Below are positions 1-12,414 of a DNA stretch of 64,000 bases, piece by piece; position 1 is the stretch's first letter; each line of letters starts with the position of its first letter. A model generated the notes under the pieces. It saw only the letters and a list, made by a program, of their open reading frames with translations, was not told the DNA's origin and searched no databases. A program made the position numbers and the translations under genes. The DNA is from an uncultured cyanobacterium (GTDB lineage Bacteria; Cyanobacteriota; Cyanobacteriia; PCC-6307; Cyanobiaceae): NCBI GenBank assembly GCA_963697335.1, contig CAVONQ010000011.1, positions 58,855-122,854 of the forward strand, read 5' to 3'.

Positions 1-410
1 AGCAGGGCATCGATCCAGAGGCTGGCCGCGGCGGGGTCCGGGGGACCGGCCAGAGCAGGGATGCCCAGCCAGTGGGCATGGCGGCGGTGGGCGCCGGTGA
101 GGGGCTTGCAGCGCTCGAAGGGGCACCACAGCTGCACGGCGATGCCGGCCAGGTGGAGTTCCCGCGCCACCACCAGCCCATCGCCGCCGTTGTGGCCAGG
201 CCCCACCAGCACCAGGGCCCCGCAGGCCATCAGCCGGGGCCCGTGCCGTTGCAGCAGCCGCTGGCTGAGGGCCAGGCCGGCCTTCTCCATCAGCGCCTCC
301 ACCGGCAGGCCGCTGTCGAACAGCCTGTGTTCCACGGCGGCCATCTGGGCGCCGCTCACCAGCAGGTGCCCGGCGTCGCGGGCCGGCCAGGGGGTGGGGC
401 TGGGGGTCAC
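1..410 (-). CDS. nnr: NAD(P)H-hydrate epimerase/dehydratase (YjeF/Nnr), N-terminal part; runs off the window start
   Basis: Manual minus-strand translation from GTG 410: ...[29 protein letters not shown]...[20 protein letters not shown], the YjeF_N motif. Not in the ORF track. Confidence 0.88.
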   Translation of the reverse strand, partial: MTPSPTPWPARDAGHLLVSGAQMAAVEHRLFDSGLPVEALMEKAGLALSQRLLQRHGPRLMACGALVLVGPGHNGGDGLVVARELHLAGIAVQLWCPFERCKPLTGAHRRHAHWLGIPALAGPPDPAAASLWIDAL

Positions 411-465
411 GGCAGGCGACGGGGCATCGCTTCATGATGGGAGCAATCACGCCATTCGCCCTGCC

Positions 466-1659
466 TTGCTGAGCTCCGCCCCTGCCGCCACCGAGCCCGG
501 TGCCGCCCCTCAGGCCGGGGCTGCCACCGAGGCCGGTGCCCAGGCCCTGGAGCGCCTGCGGGCCTGGCCCGGGGAACACCGCGTGGCCGTGGGGCTTTCC
601 GGCGGGGTGGACAGCTCCCTCACGGCGGCGCTGCTGGTGGAGGCGGGCTGGCAGGTGGAGGGGCTCACCCTCTGGCTGATGAGCGGCAAGGGGGCCTGCT
701 GCGCCGAGGGGCTGGTGGATGCCGCCGGCCTCTGTGAGCAGCTGGGGGTGCCCCACCACGTGGTGGATTCCCGCGAGCAGTTCCGTGCCCGGATCGTCGA
801 CTTTCTGGTGGAGGGCTACGCCGCCGGTGTGACGCCCCTGCCCTGCTCCCGCTGCAACCGGGAGGTGAAGTTCGGCCCGATGCTCGCCTGGGCCCGGGAG
901 CAGCGCGGCCTGGAGCGCCTGGCCACGGGTCACTACGCCCGTGTCCGCCCGGCCAGCGGCGGCGGCCGGGATCAGCTGCTGCGGGGCCTGGACCGCCACA
1001 AGGACCAGAGCTACTTCCTCTACGACCTGCCCCAGGAGGTGCTCTCCCGGCTGGTGTTTCCCCTCGGTGAGCTCACCAAGCCCGACACCCGGCTCGAGGC
1101 CGCGCACCACGGCCTGCGCACCGCCGCCAAGCCCGAGAGCCAGGACCTCTGCCTGGCCGACCACCACGGCTCGATGCGGGCCTTCCTCGATGCCTACCTG
1201 CCGCCGCGCCAGGGCGAGATCGTGCTCGCAGACGGCCGGGTGCTGGGCCACCACGATGGCCTGGAGCACTTCACCATCGGCCAGCGCAAGGGGCTGGGGG
1301 TGGCCTGGAGCGAACCCTTGCACGTGGTGCGTCTCGATGGCGCCCTGAACCGGGTGGTGGTGGCGCCCCGCTCCGAGGCGGCCCGCCCCGACTGTGTGGT
1401 GGGCGCGGTGAACTGGGTGTCGATCGAGCCGCCCCAGCAGCCCCTGGAGGTGGAGGTGCAGGTGCGCTACCGCAGCGCCCCGGAGCCGGCCCTGCTCACT
1501 CCCCTGGAGCCCACCGAGGCCGATGGGGCGGCGGGCCGTCCGTACCGGGTGCAGCTGCGTTTCGCCGAGGAGCAGTTCTCGATCACCCCGGGCCAGGCCG
1601 CGGTGTTCTATGCCGGCGACGTGCTGCTCGGTGGCGGGCTGATCCAGGCGTCCCCTTAA
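466..1659 (+). CDS. mnmA: tRNA 2-thiouridine(34) synthase MnmA
   Basis: [14 protein letters not shown]-loop, [48 protein letters not shown]; start set at in-frame TTG 466 (uncertain). Confidence 0.95.
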   Translation: MLSSAPAATEPGAAPQAGAATEAGAQALERLRAWPGEHRVAVGLSGGVDSSLTAALLVEAGWQVEGLTLWLMSGKGACCAEGLVDAAGLCEQLGVPHHVVDSREQFRARIVDFLVEGYAAGVTPLPCSRCNREVKFGPMLAWAREQRGLERLATGHYARVRPASGGGRDQLLRGLDRHKDQSYFLYDLPQEVLSRLVFPLGELTKPDTRLEAAHHGLRTAAKPESQDLCLADHHGSMRAFLDAYLPPRQGEIVLADGRVLGHHDGLEHFTIGQRKGLGVAWSEPLHVVRLDGALNRVVVAPRSEAARPDCVVGAVNWVSIEPPQQPLEVEVQVRYRSAPEPALLTPLEPTEADGAAGRPYRVQLRFAEEQFSITPGQAAVFYAGDVLLGGGLIQASP

Positions 1660-1685
1660 CAGAATCCCCTTGACCAGCCCTCACC

Positions 1686-1931
1686 TCACCAGTAGGGATC
1701 GCTGGCCAGTTCCACCGTGAGCGAGCCGGTGCGGCTGGGGGGCACTGTGGCGATGCAGGCCCGCACCACCCGGCCGTTCACCTCGATTTCGCAGGCGCCG
1801 CAGCTTCCCCCCAGGCAGCCGGTGGGGATGGTCACGCCGGCCTCCGCGGCCGCCACCAGCCAGGAGCTGCCGCTGGTCACCTGGCTGGTGTGGCCGTTGG
1901 GCCAGTGCAGGCGAACCGGAGTGGCACTCAT
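1686..1931 (-). CDS. 2Fe-2S ferredoxin-like protein
   Basis: IPTGCLGGSCGACEIEVNGRVVRAC cysteine pattern; ATG 1931 overlaps the cobQ stop (TGATG). Confidence 0.88.
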   Translation of the reverse strand: MSATPVRLHWPNGHTSQVTSGSSWLVAAAEAGVTIPTGCLGGSCGACEIEVNGRVVRACIATVPPSRTGSLTVELASDPYW

Positions 1932-3484
1932 CAGGGGCGAAGCAGGGGGGTGAGGTTCACGTGGGCCTCGAAGGCATCGGCCAGGCGATCGAGCAGGGCG
2001 TCGCGTTGCTGGGCGTGGTCGCCCTGATGTTCGCTCAGCGGGGGCTGTCCCCGGCGCTGGCGCAGCTGGTTGAGCCAGCGCCGCCGCCAGGGGCCGCTGT
2101 CGAACACCCCGTGCAGGTAGGTGCCGGCCACGCTGCCGCCCCGCTCTCCGATGGGCCGCCACCATCCCAGGCCGGCCTCGGAGGCGAGGGGCTGGGTGGC
2201 CAGGGGCTGGGTGGCGGCTGGCTCGCCCTCCCGTCCTGTGGCCAGCAGCTCGGTGTGGCCGCGGTGCAGCTCAAAGCCGCGCAGCTCCAGCGGCGACCCG
2301 GGCGGCCAGAGGGCCAGGCAGTGCCGCTGGCGTAGGGCCTTGGCCTCGCCGTAGACGGTGCGCAGCGGCAGCAGGCCAAGGCCCGGCTGCTCCGCCCCCG
2401 CTCCCCCCTCGCCCTCCAGGCCGCCGGGATCGCCCAGCACGCGCCCCAGCATCTGCAGGCCGCCGCAGAGGCCGAACAGGTGGCCGCCGCTGCTCACATA
2501 GGCCGCCAGCCGCTCGCCCCAGCCGTGGCGCCGCAGCACCGCCAGATCCCGCAGGGTCTGCTTGCTGCCGGGCAGGATCAGGGCATCGGGCTGGCCGAGC
2601 TCCTCGCCGGGCTGCAGCCAGCGCAGCTGCAGGCTGGGCTCGGCCTCGAGCGGATCGAGGTCGGAGAAGTTGCTGAGGGAGGGCAGGCGCAGCACGGCGA
2701 TCTCCAGCTCGGCCCGGCCCCTGCTGCCGCGACGCTCCAGCAGATCGAGGGAGTCTTCCGGTGGAAACAGCTCATCCAGCCAGGGCATCACCCCCAGCAC
2801 GGGCACACCGGTGTGCTCCTGCAGCCAGGTCCTGCCGGCGTCAAAGAGTTCGCGCCGGCCGCGGAAGCGATTGATCAGCAGCCCCCGGATCAGGGGACGC
2901 TGCACCGGCGTGAGCAGCTGCAGGGTGCCCACCAGCTGGGCGAACACCCCGCCCCGTTCGATGTCCGCCACCAGCAGGCAGCGGGCCCGCAGGAACTGGG
3001 CCAGCCGCAGGTTGGTGAGGTCGCGGGCCTGCAGGTTCACCTCCACGGGGCTGCCGGCCCCTTCCAGCACCAGCCGGCCGCCGGCATGGCTGGCCTGCAG
3101 GGTCTCGAGCCCCGCCCGGATGGCGGCCCAGCCGGGGCGAAACCAGTCGCGGTAGTAGTGCTCGGCCCGGGCCGTTCCCACCGAGCGGCCCAGGTGAATC
3201 ACCTCGCTGGTGCTGTCGCCCTGGGGCTTGAGCAGCACGGGATTCATGCTGCAGTGGGGCTCCAGCCCCGCCGCCCAGGCCTGCAGCGCCTGGGAGTAGG
3301 CCATCTCACCGCCGCCGCCATCCACCCAGGCGTTGTTGCTCATGTTCTGACCCTTGAAGGGCAGCGGCTGCTCGCCGCGGCGGCGCAGCACCCGGCAGAG
3401 GGCGGCCGTCATCAGCGACTTGCCGGCGCCGCTGCTGGTGCCCAGCACCATCAACGGCCTGGGCGCGAGGGCCGGATCCCTCAC
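1931..3484 (-). CDS. cobQ: Cobyric acid synthase
   Basis: [62 protein letters not shown]; start at GTG 3484 overlapping the upstream stop, or ATG 3451. Confidence 0.95.
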   Translation of the reverse strand: MRDPALAPRPLMVLGTSSGAGKSLMTAALCRVLRRRGEQPLPFKGQNMSNNAWVDGGGGEMAYSQALQAWAAGLEPHCSMNPVLLKPQGDSTSEVIHLGRSVGTARAEHYYRDWFRPGWAAIRAGLETLQASHAGGRLVLEGAGSPVEVNLQARDLTNLRLAQFLRARCLLVADIERGGVFAQLVGTLQLLTPVQRPLIRGLLINRFRGRRELFDAGRTWLQEHTGVPVLGVMPWLDELFPPEDSLDLLERRGSRGRAELEIAVLRLPSLSNFSDLDPLEAEPSLQLRWLQPGEELGQPDALILPGSKQTLRDLAVLRRHGWGERLAAYVSSGGHLFGLCGGLQMLGRVLGDPGGLEGEGGAGAEQPGLGLLPLRTVYGEAKALRQRHCLALWPPGSPLELRGFELHRGHTELLATGREGEPAATQPLATQPLASEAGLGWWRPIGERGGSVAGTYLHGVFDSGPWRRRWLNQLRQRRGQPPLSEHQGDHAQQRDALLDRLADAFEAHVNLTPLLRP

Positions 3485-3855
3485 AGGCGCGGCCGGCTGC
3501 GCCGCAGCTGGTGCTGCAGGCGCTCCACCAGGGGCGCCGTGGGAATCGCGCCGGGCCACTGCTCCAGCAGGTCGCGCCCCATGGGGGTGAGGCGCACCCG
3601 CTCGGTGAGTCCCTGGCCGTCCACCTCCCGGCGCAGCACCCCCACCTGGATCAGCCAGGTCCAGTGGGCCTCCACCCTCTCGCTGCCCAGGCTGCGGGTG
3701 CAGTGCTGGCTGGCATCGGGGCGGCGGCAGAAGGCGCCGCTGCTGAGGGGGGTGGCGGCCACCAGCTCATAGAACGAGCGCCGGAACGGCAGGCAGCGCA
3801 TCGCCTGGGAAGCCCGGGCCCAGGAGCGGGCCTGGAGGTGAGGCTGTCCTTTCAT
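3481..3855 (-). CDS. Conserved cyanobacterial protein (Npun_F0494-like)
   Basis: [12 protein letters not shown]...[28 protein letters not shown] motif; ATG 3855. Confidence 0.75.
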   Translation of the reverse strand: MKGQPHLQARSWARASQAMRCLPFRRSFYELVAATPLSSGAFCRRPDASQHCTRSLGSERVEAHWTWLIQVGVLRREVDGQGLTERVRLTPMGRDLLEQWPGAIPTAPLVERLQHQLRRSRPRL

Positions 3856-3885
3856 GGGGCGATTCTCCCTGACTCGACAACCCAG

Positions 3886-4479
3886 ATGCTGGTGCTTGCC
3901 TCCGCCTCCCCAGCCCGGCGTCGCCTGCTGCAGCAGGCCGCCATCCCCCACCTGGTGCGGGTGAGCGGGGTGGAGGAGGAGGCGTTTGCTGATGCCGACC
4001 CCCGGCAGCTGGTGCGCCAGCTGGCCCAGGCGAAGGCGGAAGCGGTGCTGGCAGAGCTGGAGGCTGAGACGGCGGCAGCCTGGCCGCAGGGGCCTGGGGT
4101 GCTGGGCTGTGATTCGCTGCTGGTGTTTGCCGGGGAGACCTTTGGCAAGCCGCGCGATGCCGAGCAGGCCAGAGCCCGCTGGCGCCGCATGAGCGGCAGT
4201 TGGGCCGAGCTGCACACCGGCCACTGCCTCCTGGTCCCGCAGCGGCCGTCCTTGCAGGAGGTGGTGACCACCCGGGTGCGGTTTGCGGCTGTGGACGACG
4301 GGGCCATCGCCGCCTACGTGGCCAGCGGGGAGCCGCTGCAATGCGCTGGGGGGTTTGCCCTCGAGGGTCGGGGCGGGCTGCTGGTGGAGCGGATCGAAGG
4401 CTGTTACAGCAATGTGATCGGCCTCAGCCTGCCCCTGCTGCGCCGCTGGCTCCAGGACGCCCGCTTCAGCGATCACTGA
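3886..4479 (+). CDS. maf: Maf family nucleoside triphosphate pyrophosphatase
   Basis: [51 protein letters not shown]. Confidence 0.93.
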   Translation: MLVLASASPARRRLLQQAAIPHLVRVSGVEEEAFADADPRQLVRQLAQAKAEAVLAELEAETAAAWPQGPGVLGCDSLLVFAGETFGKPRDAEQARARWRRMSGSWAELHTGHCLLVPQRPSLQEVVTTRVRFAAVDDGAIAAYVASGEPLQCAGGFALEGRGGLLVERIEGCYSNVIGLSLPLLRRWLQDARFSDH

Positions 4480-5197
4480 ACAGCTCGCCGATGCCATCAC
4501 TGGCATTGCGACCGCGCCGCAGGCCGCGGTTCTCGCGGGTGGCGACCAGGGTGAGATTGCGCCAGCGGAACACCCCCGTGTAGCCGTGGTCGATGAAGGT
4601 CACCGGCGAGGTGCCGGTGGCATCCCTCACTTCCAGGCGTCCGCTGCGGTCGCTGAAGTTGAAGCGCCGCCCATCCGGCTGGGTCACCACGTAGCGGGTG
4701 ACGCCGTTGTTGCGCTCCACCAGGCGCAGGGAGCAGTCGCCCTCATGAAGCAAGCGAGAGCCTTCCAGCAACGTGCAGCGGCCCTCGTAGGTGGTCACCT
4801 CGCGGTCGTTGCGCGCCATCCTGCCAAACAGCACCTGGGTCAGTTCGCGCTCGACCCGCCTGCGGTCTGAGCCCGCCTCCCAGCAGGTTTCGGCGCGCAG
4901 GCTGCAGAGGCTGCCATTGCTGAGCTGGAAATCCTGGGGAGCGGGCCGGCCGATCAGGGAGGTCTGCAGGCGCCGGGCGGCCTGGCTGCCGAACTGGCGT
5001 CGGGTCTCATCCAGGGAGATGCCCTCGCTGCTGATGCAGGTCTGGGCGCGTTGATCGCAGATCACGCCAGCCTCCGGGCTGGAGAGCCCGCGAGGCATCG
5101 CCGTCGCCGGGCCGGCGATGGCCAGCATGCCGACGCCCGCGCTGACGGCAATGGCGGCGGTGCTGCTGAGGCGAAAGCTGAGGGATCGCAGGGTCAT
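4466..5197 (-). CDS. Secreted protein with a YcgJ/Fels-1-like Cys-containing domain
   Basis: Signal-peptide-like N-terminus (..AIAGPATA); [22 protein letters not shown] and [17 protein letters not shown] pattern. Confidence 0.6.
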   Translation of the reverse strand: MTLRSLSFRLSSTAAIAVSAGVGMLAIAGPATAMPRGLSSPEAGVICDQRAQTCISSEGISLDETRRQFGSQAARRLQTSLIGRPAPQDFQLSNGSLCSLRAETCWEAGSDRRRVERELTQVLFGRMARNDREVTTYEGRCTLLEGSRLLHEGDCSLRLVERNNGVTRYVVTQPDGRRFNFSDRSGRLEVRDATGTSPVTFIDHGYTGVFRWRNLTLVATRENRGLRRGRNASDGIGELFSDR

Positions 5198-5326
5198 GGC
5201 AGGGAACAGGGTGAGGAGAGGCGCTGGGGCAGGACCCGCCGGCAACGCATGTCCGCAACGTATCGGCCGGGTGTGAGCCAGCCATGACGGCCTGGAGTGG
5301 AGTTCTGACCAGATCGGTCTGGGCGC

Positions 5327-5354
5327 AAAAAAAGCCCCCACCAAGGGCGGGGGC
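5327..5354 (-). terminator. Rho-independent terminator of psbDC
   Basis: Minus strand GCCCCCGCC-CTT-GGTGGGGGC followed by T7, about 30 nt after the psbC stop. Confidence 0.85.
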
Positions 5355-5386
5355 AGGCGGCTGGAGCCGACAGACGACGGAGGGGT

Positions 5387-6775
5387 TCAGTCGAGGTCGG
5401 GCATGGCCAGGGTGGGCTCGGCCTGGCGGTCGATGCCTTTCTCGAAACCGGCAGCGGCGGCTCGGGCGCGGCCGGCATGCCAGAGGTGACCCACCAGGAA
5501 GAAGAAGGCCAGCACGAATTGCGTGGAGGCCAGCCACTGGCGGATGTTCACGAAGTTCACCGAGTTGGGTTCGGTGATGATGCCGCCCACAGAATTGAGC
5601 GAGGCATTGGGGGCGTGGGTCATGTACTCAGCCGCGCGGCGCACCTGCCAGGGCTGAATGTCGTTCTGGAGCTTGTCGAGGCTGAGGCCGTTGGGGCCGC
5701 GCAGCGGCTCCAGCCAGGGGCCACGGAAGTCCCAGAAGCGCATGGTTTCACCACCGAAGATGATTTCGCCGGTGGGCGAGCGCATCAGGTATTTGCCCAG
5801 GCCGGTGGGTCCCATGGCCGAACCGATGTTGGCGCCGAGGCGCTGGTCACGCACCAGGAACGTGAAGCTCTGGGCCTGGGAGGACTCGGCGTTGGTGGGG
5901 CCGTAGAACTCAGAGGGGTAGGCGGTGTTGTTGAACCAGATGTAGGCCGAGGCGATGAAACTCATCAGGCTGAGCGCGCCGAGGCTGTAGCTCAGGTAGG
6001 CCTCACCGTTCCAGATGAAGGCGCGACGCACCCAGCCGAAGGGCTTGGTGATCACGTGCCAGATGCCACCGAAGATGCAGATCAGGCCGAGCCAGATGTG
6101 GCCGCCGATGATGTCCTCCATGGAGTCCACACCGATGATCCAGCCCTCGCCGCCGAAGGGGGCACGGGTCAGGTAGCCGAAGATCACACCCGGGTTCAGG
6201 GTGGGATTGGTGATCATCCGCACGTCACCGCCACCGGGGGCCCAGGTGTCGTAGACGCCACCGAAGAACATGGCCTTGAACACCAGCAGCAGACAACCCA
6301 CCCCCAGCAGGATGAGGTGGTAGCCGATGATGTTGGTCATCTGGTTCTTGTCGCGCCAGTCCTGGGAGAAGAAGGAGGAGTAGTTCTCCAGGATCTCAGG
6401 GCCGCGCAGGGCGTGATACAGGCCGCCCACGCCGAGTACGGCGGAGCTGATCAGGTGGAGCACGCCCACCACAAAGAACGGATAGAGGTTGGTGACTTCA
6501 CCGCCGGGGCCGACGCCGTAGCCGAGGGTGGCCACGTGGGGCATGCAGATCAGCCCCTGCTCGTACATGGGCTTGTCGAAGGTGAAGTGGCTCACCTCAA
6601 ACAGCATCATGGCTCCGGCCCAGAAGACCATCAGGCCAGCGTGGGCCACGTGGGCGCCGAGCAGGCGACCGGAGAGATTGATCAGGCGGGCGTTACCCGC
6701 CCACCAGGCGTAACCGGTGGAGTCGAGGTCCTTGCCCCCGACACCCACCAGCCCGGAATTAAAGGGCGTTTCCAC
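5387..6775 (-). CDS. psbC: Photosystem II CP43 protein
   Basis: [49 protein letters not shown] start (METPFN) overlapping the psbD end. Confidence 0.99.
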   Translation of the reverse strand: METPFNSGLVGVGGKDLDSTGYAWWAGNARLINLSGRLLGAHVAHAGLMVFWAGAMMLFEVSHFTFDKPMYEQGLICMPHVATLGYGVGPGGEVTNLYPFFVVGVLHLISSAVLGVGGLYHALRGPEILENYSSFFSQDWRDKNQMTNIIGYHLILLGVGCLLLVFKAMFFGGVYDTWAPGGGDVRMITNPTLNPGVIFGYLTRAPFGGEGWIIGVDSMEDIIGGHIWLGLICIFGGIWHVITKPFGWVRRAFIWNGEAYLSYSLGALSLMSFIASAYIWFNNTAYPSEFYGPTNAESSQAQSFTFLVRDQRLGANIGSAMGPTGLGKYLMRSPTGEIIFGGETMRFWDFRGPWLEPLRGPNGLSLDKLQNDIQPWQVRRAAEYMTHAPNASLNSVGGIITEPNSVNFVNIRQWLASTQFVLAFFFLVGHLWHAGRARAAAAGFEKGIDRQAEPTLAMPDLD

Positions 6776-7814
6776 GGGGCAGTACCTCTTCAGGGAAGAC
6801 GAAGTTTTCATGCGGCTGGTCAGCCGGCGCCATCCAGGCGCGGATGCCTTCATTCAGAAGAATGTTCTTCGTGTAGAAGGTCTCGAACTCGGGGTCCTCA
6901 GCGGCGCGGATCTCCTGTGACACGAAGTCGTAGGCCCGCAGGTTCAGCGCCAGGCCGATGATGCCGATGCTGCTGGTCCACAGACCCATCACCGGCACGA
7001 ACAGCATGAAGAAGTGCAGCCAGCGCTTGTTGGAGAAGGCGATCCCGAAGATCTGGCTCCAGAAGCGGTTGGCCGTCACCATCGAGTAGGTCTCCTCTTC
7101 CTGGGTGGGCTCGAACGCCTTGAAGGTGTTCGACTGCTCCCCGTCCTCAAACAGGGTGTTCTCCACCGTGGCGCCGTGGATGGCGCACAGCAGGGCACCG
7201 CCCAGGATGCCCGCCACACCCATCATGTGGAAGGGGTTGAGGGTCCAGTTGTGGAAGCCCTGCAGGAACAGCAGGAAGCGGAAGATGGCGGCCACGCCGA
7301 AGCTGGGCGCAAAGAACCAGCTGCTCTGACCCAGGGGGTACATCAGGAAGACACTGACGAACACCGCGATCGGGCCCGAGAAGGCGATGGCGTTGTAGGG
7401 GCGGATGCCCACCAGCCGGGCGATCTCGAACTGACGCAGCATGAAGCCGATCAGGGAGAAGGCACCGTGCAGGGCCACGAAGGGCCAGAGGCCGCCGAGC
7501 TGCACCCAGCGCACGAAGTCACCCTGGGCCTCGGGGCCCCAGAGCAGCAACAGGCTGTGGCCCATGGCGTCAGCGGGGGTGCTGACGGCGGCGGTGAGGA
7601 AGTTGCAGCCCTCGAGGTAGGAACTGGCAATCCCGTGGGTGTACCAGGAGGTGGCGAAGGTGGTGCCGGTCAGCCAGCCGCCCAGGGCCAGGTAGGCCGT
7701 GGGGAACAGGAGCAGACCAGACCACCCCACAAAGACAAAGCGGTCGCGCTTGAGCCAGTCATCGAGGACGTCGAACCATCCCCGCTGCGGCAAGCGTCCT
7801 GCAGCGATCGTCAT
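6759..7814 (-). CDS. psbD: Photosystem II D2 protein
   Basis: [30 protein letters not shown]...[12 protein letters not shown]. Confidence 0.99.
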   Translation of the reverse strand: MTIAAGRLPQRGWFDVLDDWLKRDRFVFVGWSGLLLFPTAYLALGGWLTGTTFATSWYTHGIASSYLEGCNFLTAAVSTPADAMGHSLLLLWGPEAQGDFVRWVQLGGLWPFVALHGAFSLIGFMLRQFEIARLVGIRPYNAIAFSGPIAVFVSVFLMYPLGQSSWFFAPSFGVAAIFRFLLFLQGFHNWTLNPFHMMGVAGILGGALLCAIHGATVENTLFEDGEQSNTFKAFEPTQEEETYSMVTANRFWSQIFGIAFSNKRWLHFFMLFVPVMGLWTSSIGIIGLALNLRAYDFVSQEIRAAEDPEFETFYTKNILLNEGIRAWMAPADQPHENFVFPEEVLPRGNAL

Positions 7815-8060
7815 GGAGGAAGCGGAACACCGGGCGATGGTAACAATGTTCAGCGGCATCGCGAGGTTGGCCGCAATGGGCTGAAACCCCAGCTCAGGCC
7901 AGGCTTTTAAGTATTTATTCTGGTCCTCGCCCCCTGGGTCGCGGCCGGGCGCCAGGATGAACCGGGCCTCCGCGGTGCCCCTGGCCCAGCCCGGCCCACG
8001 GTGCAGCCACCCGGCCCAGCTGCCCCGCACGCCAACCTTTCCTCCTTCTTGAACCCTGCC

Positions 8061-8633
8061 GTGACGACCGCTGCCAATCCCGAGGGCTTCACCACGGGGA
8101 CAACCGATCTGCTGGAGCAACCGGTGCTCGGCTCCCGCCGCCCCTCCAACCTGCTGATGGCCGTGGCGGTGAGCCTCGGTGGGGTGGGCTTCCTGCTCAC
8201 CAGCCTCTCCAGTTACCTGGGGCGGGATCTGCTGCCGATCGGCCACCCCGCCGAGCTGGTGTTCGTGCCCCAGGGACTGGTGATGGGCCTCTACGGCACG
8301 GCTGCCGTGTTGCTGGCCATCTACCTCTGGACCGTGATCGGCCTCGACGTGGGTGCCGGCAGCAACCGCTTCGACCGCCGCGCCGGTACCGCCACGATTC
8401 GCCGCCAGGCGTTCCGTCAGCTGATCGATGTGGAGATCCGGCTGCGGGACATCCAGGCGGTGAAGGTGGAGGTGCGCGATGGCCTCAACCCCCGCCGCCG
8501 CCTGGCCCTGAAGCTGCAGGGCCGGCGCGACCTGCCCCTCACCCGGGTGGGCGAGCCCATGCCCCTGGCCGACCTGGAACAGTCCGGCGCCCAGTTGGCC
8601 CGCTTCCTGGGCGTGCCCCTGGAGGGCGTATGA
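8061..8633 (+). CDS. ycf4: Photosystem I assembly protein Ycf4
   Basis: [40 protein letters not shown]; divergent from psbD; start GTG 8061 inferred. Confidence 0.95.
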   Translation: MTTAANPEGFTTGTTDLLEQPVLGSRRPSNLLMAVAVSLGGVGFLLTSLSSYLGRDLLPIGHPAELVFVPQGLVMGLYGTAAVLLAIYLWTVIGLDVGAGSNRFDRRAGTATIRRQAFRQLIDVEIRLRDIQAVKVEVRDGLNPRRRLALKLQGRRDLPLTRVGEPMPLADLEQSGAQLARFLGVPLEGV

Positions 8634-9355
8634 GCGGCTTCTCCCGCCGCCTGGCCACCCGGCTGGCCCTCGGTGCCCTGCTGATGCTCACCCCCCTGGT
8701 GCTGGCGGCCTGCACCCCGAGCGGGTCCAGCTCCACCCGCCAGGGCTGCGCCACCGCCACCACCCCCTGCCTGGAGGGCCCGGCCACGGTGGCCCTGCAG
8801 ACCAGCCGGGGTGAGGTTCAGCTGCAGCTCGACGGCGACGCCGCACCCCTCAGTGCCGGCAACTTCGTGGATCTGGTGCAGCGCGGTGTCTACGACGGCA
8901 CCGTGTTCCACCGGGTGGTGCGCGAGCCCACCCCCTTCGTGGTGCAGGGTGGCGATCCGGCCAGCGCCAACCCGGTGGTGCCCCCCAGCCAGTACGGCAG
9001 CGGCAGCTATGTGGACCCCGCCAGCGGTGAGGCGCGCCTGATTCCACTGGAGCTCAAGCTCAGCCAGGAGCCCGCCCCCCGTTACGGCGAGACGATCACC
9101 GCCCCTGGCGTCACCCGGCAGCTGGCGCTGGCCCACCAGCGCGGTGCCGTGGCGATGGCCCGCTCCGGCGATCCCAATTCGGCCAGCGCCCAGTTCTACG
9201 TGGCCCTGCAGGCCCTGCCTGAACTGGATGGCCGCTACGCGGTGTTCGGCCGGGTGAGCCAGGGCATGGACGTGGTCGACCGCATCCAGCAGGGCGACAA
9301 GATCGTCAAGGCCACCGTGGCCTCAGGGGGCAAGCTGGTGAAGCCCGGCTCTTAG
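8630..9355 (+). CDS. Cyclophilin-type peptidyl-prolyl cis-trans isomerase (lipoprotein-like)
   Basis: [53 protein letters not shown] lipobox. Confidence 0.92.
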   Translation: MSGFSRRLATRLALGALLMLTPLVLAACTPSGSSSTRQGCATATTPCLEGPATVALQTSRGEVQLQLDGDAAPLSAGNFVDLVQRGVYDGTVFHRVVREPTPFVVQGGDPASANPVVPPSQYGSGSYVDPASGEARLIPLELKLSQEPAPRYGETITAPGVTRQLALAHQRGAVAMARSGDPNSASAQFYVALQALPELDGRYAVFGRVSQGMDVVDRIQQGDKIVKATVASGGKLVKPGS

Positions 9356-9380
9356 GAGGAGCTTCAGTCAGGTTGGGGCT

Positions 9381-9911
9381 TCAGGCGGGGACCCGCTTGT
9401 TGGAGGCGGTGACCCGCAGGAAGGCCGTGTTCACTCCGGAGGCCCGCTCCAGGGCCACCTTGCCGGTGCGGGCGATCTCGAGGATCCCATAGGGGGCCAT
9501 CACCTGCTCGAGGGCCACCAGCTTGCCGGGATCGCCCACCACCTCGAGGGTGAGGGCTTCATCGGCCACATCCACCACGTTGGCGCGGAACACCTGCACC
9601 AGATCGAGGATGGCGCCGCGGTTGTGGGCCGGGGCGGCCACCTTGAGCAGCATCAGCTCCCGCTCCACCGAGGGGAGCTGGGAGAGGTCGCTCACGCCCA
9701 GCACGTTGACCAGTTTGTCGAGCTGCTTGGTCATCTGGGCCAGGGTGCGGTCGTCGCCCTCCACCACCATGGTGAGGCGGGACATGCCGCCGCCCTCGGC
9801 CGGCCCCACCGCCAGGCTCTCGATGTTGAAGCCGCGGCGGGAGAACAGGCCCGAGATGCGGCTGAGGGCACCGGATTCGTCTTCCACCAGCACCGAGAGG
9901 GTGTGCTTCAT
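9381..9911 (-). CDS. ilvN: Acetolactate synthase small subunit
   Basis: [57 protein letters not shown]. Confidence 0.96.
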   Translation of the reverse strand: MKHTLSVLVEDESGALSRISGLFSRRGFNIESLAVGPAEGGGMSRLTMVVEGDDRTLAQMTKQLDKLVNVLGVSDLSQLPSVERELMLLKVAAPAHNRGAILDLVQVFRANVVDVADEALTLEVVGDPGKLVALEQVMAPYGILEIARTGKVALERASGVNTAFLRVTASNKRVPA

Positions 9912-9978
9912 GGCTGTGGGATGGGAACCGGGCAGGTGTGACCAAGCTACCGGTCAGCACTGAAGCTCCCTGGGTTGT

Positions 9979-11037
9979 TCAGGGCTCGCCCGCCACGGGG
10001 CTGAGGCTGAGCTGGTGCAGCCAGGGGATCACGGCTGCATGGAAGGGCTCGGGGGCCTCGTCATGGAGGCAGTGGCCACAGCCCTCCAGGCTGTGCAGCG
10101 GCAGGTCGGGGCGCAGCCGCAGCAGGGCCTGCCCCACCTGGATCGGCACCAGCTGGTCGCGCGTTCCCCAGACCAGCAACAGGGGGCGCCGCAGGCGCGG
10201 CACCAGGGAGGGAGCCGTGGCGCCATGGGGGCGCAGGGCCATGGCGATGCTCATGGCGCGCAGGCTGCGCACGGCACCGGGCCGGCGGGCCGGGGTGGCG
10301 ATCAGGCGCCTCAGCTCCCGATCGCCGATCACCGGGATGGCATAGGAGAGCTGGATGCCCAGGGCCAGCAGGGGCGAGTGGGCCAGCAGCGGCACCAGCA
10401 GCTCCAGGGGCAACAGCCGGCAGAGCAGCACCACCACCTGCCGCTTGAGGCGGCGGCGCCAGGGACGCCGCCGGGGCGGGCGCGGCCGGCTGCGGCCCAT
10501 CAGGGCCGGGTCGGGCAGGGTGGCGGCCACCACGCCCCGCACCCAGAGCGGAAAGAAGGTGGCGCAGCTGGTGGCCACCAGGGCGCCGAGGGAATGGCCC
10601 ACCAGCACCGCGGGGCCTCCCACCACCTCCTGCAGGAAGGCCTGCACCTGCCGCGCCCAGAGGCGGTTGTCGAGGCGTCCGGCGGGGAGCAGGCCAGGGC
10701 CCGGCTGTTCAGAGGCGCCGAAGCCGATCAGGTCGAGGGCATACACCGCCCAGCCTTCAGCGGCCAGGGCGGCGGCGTTGTGGCGCCAATGGCCACTGGC
10801 GGCCCCGAAGCCATGCAGCAGCAGCACCGCTCCCAGCACGCCTCCCTGGCGCTGGAGCACCCCGTCGGGAGGGTCGAGCTGGCGCCAGTGCACCGCCAGA
10901 CCCCGCCAGATCCAGGTGCCGTGCTCGCCCCAGTCCGCCCCTGTGCGGGGCGACGGGGACCGGGGGGCCAGCCCTGAAGGCGGCAGTGCCTCAGCCGGGC
11001 GGGAAGACAAGGGCGGTGCGGGGGGCCCCGGGGCCAT
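9979..11037 (-). CDS. Alpha/beta fold hydrolase
   Basis: LLLHGFGAASGHW, ALDLIGFG, GHSLG nucleophile elbow, WGTRDQLVP, GHCLHDEAP; start uncertain. Confidence 0.88.
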   Translation of the reverse strand: MAPGPPAPPLSSRPAEALPPSGLAPRSPSPRTGADWGEHGTWIWRGLAVHWRQLDPPDGVLQRQGGVLGAVLLLHGFGAASGHWRHNAAALAAEGWAVYALDLIGFGASEQPGPGLLPAGRLDNRLWARQVQAFLQEVVGGPAVLVGHSLGALVATSCATFFPLWVRGVVAATLPDPALMGRSRPRPPRRRPWRRRLKRQVVVLLCRLLPLELLVPLLAHSPLLALGIQLSYAIPVIGDRELRRLIATPARRPGAVRSLRAMSIAMALRPHGATAPSLVPRLRRPLLLVWGTRDQLVPIQVGQALLRLRPDLPLHSLEGCGHCLHDEAPEPFHAAVIPWLHQLSLSPVAGEP

Positions 11038-11187
11038 GAAGCGAAGCTCAAACGTAGGCCGCGCCTGGCGCTGGCCGTGGGGCCGGGACGCCCCAGCCTT
11101 CAGGATGGGCCCCACCAGGGCAACGAGACGGGTGAAGGACAGGGGATTGGGGCCGGGCCCGCCAGGGCCTGACGGATGAGGCCGGCC

Positions 11188-12372
11188 ATGGCCGATGCCG
11201 CGCCCGAGGCCTATCTGGAAGGTGGTGTGAGCCTGCGGCTGGGGCCGGGGTTCTTCCGGCCTGAATCCCGGCCCAGCCGCGACCTGGGCGTGCTGCTCTG
11301 CCGCAGCCTGGTGGCCTGCGGGGAGGGCCGTGGCGCCACCCCGCCGGTGCGGGTGCTCGATCTGATGGCCGGCTGTGGGATTCGCAGCCTGCGCCTGGCC
11401 GTGGAGGGGGGGGCGGCCTCGGTGTGGGCCAATGACGCCGATCCCGAGCGGCTGCCGCTGCTGCGCGCCAATCTCGCCCAGCTGGCGGCCTTCCCCCACC
11501 AGTGCACGGCCCTCACAGCCCAGAAACTGCTGGCGGGGTGCCTGCTGCGGGAGCAGCGCTTCGAGCTGGTGGATCTCGATGCCTTCGGCTCGGTGGGGGG
11601 GCTGCTGCCCCTCGCCCTGGAGGCGGTGGCCTTCGAGGGGGTGCTGTACCTGGCCAGCACCGATGGCCGCTCCCCCACCGGCCACGACCGCCCCGCCGCC
11701 ATCCGCTCCCTGGGGGCAGCGGCCCGGGCCCACCCGGCCAGCTGGGAGTTGGCGCTGCGGCTGCAGATCGGCCAGGTGGCGCGCCTCGCCTGGGCCCAGG
11801 GGCGTGGCGTTGAGCCCCTGTTCAGCTTCAGCGAGGGGCGCACCTTCCGCACGGCGATCCAGCTGCGCCGCCGGCCCCAGGCCGGGGAGGAGCAGCAGCT
11901 CGGGCTTCTGGCCCACTGCCACGGCTGCGGCGATCAGCAGCTGCAGAGCCTGCTGCGGCTGCGCGGCTGGGCGCCGTGCCTCTGCCCTGGGGATCCCCAG
12001 CGCCAGGGCGGCCACCCCCTGGCGATTTCGGGGCCCCTCTGGCTGGGCCCGCTGCAGAACGGGGCCTGGCTGGAGCGCCTGCAGCAGGCTGCCCTGGAGC
12101 TGCCACCCGGCTGGCAGGCGCCGGCCAGCCAGCGGTTGTTGCGGTCGCTGCTGGCCGACCCCGGCCTGCCGGCCCGCTGCTGGCCGATGGCCGAGCTGGG
12201 GCGCCGCCTCCCCGGCGGCTCGCCGCGGCTGGCCAGTCTGCTGGAAGCGCTGCGCCGGGACGGCTGGTGCGCCCACCGCAGCGGCGTGATGGCCGGCATG
12301 CTGCGCAGCGATGCCCCCTGGGCCCGGATCCTGGAGCTGGCGTCGGGGCTGGTACCGCCAGGGCCGAACTGA
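11188..12372 (+). CDS. tRNA (guanine-N2,N2)-dimethyltransferase, Trm1-like
   Basis: FFRPESRPSRDLGVL, VLDLMAGCGIRSLR, WANDAD, VDLDAFGS, LASTDG, GPLWLGPL, RSDAP. Confidence 0.85.
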   Translation: MADAAPEAYLEGGVSLRLGPGFFRPESRPSRDLGVLLCRSLVACGEGRGATPPVRVLDLMAGCGIRSLRLAVEGGAASVWANDADPERLPLLRANLAQLAAFPHQCTALTAQKLLAGCLLREQRFELVDLDAFGSVGGLLPLALEAVAFEGVLYLASTDGRSPTGHDRPAAIRSLGAAARAHPASWELALRLQIGQVARLAWAQGRGVEPLFSFSEGRTFRTAIQLRRRPQAGEEQQLGLLAHCHGCGDQQLQSLLRLRGWAPCLCPGDPQRQGGHPLAISGPLWLGPLQNGAWLERLQQAALELPPGWQAPASQRLLRSLLADPGLPARCWPMAELGRRLPGGSPRLASLLEALRRDGWCAHRSGVMAGMLRSDAPWARILELASGLVPPGPN

Positions 12373-12414
12373 GGCCGCGCCGCGCTAAAACAGGTGCCAT
12401 AACGCGCCCCCGCC

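Noticed and set aside
61..465. N-terminal extension of the mnmA ORF
   Set aside because: It overlaps the real minus-strand nnr gene; the true start is downstream.
2187..2215. 15-nt tandem duplication in cobQ (ATQPL x2)
   Set aside because: In-frame slippage in a variable loop; no evidence of function.
4466..5197. Fels-1-like domain as a prophage marker
   Set aside because: No other phage genes nearby.
6759..6775. psbD/psbC overlap with GTG start
   Set aside because: Well-known conserved arrangement.
5477..6961. Long antisense ORFs over psbC and many other core genes
   Set aside because: Shadow ORFs expected from high GC3 codon bias; no family motifs.
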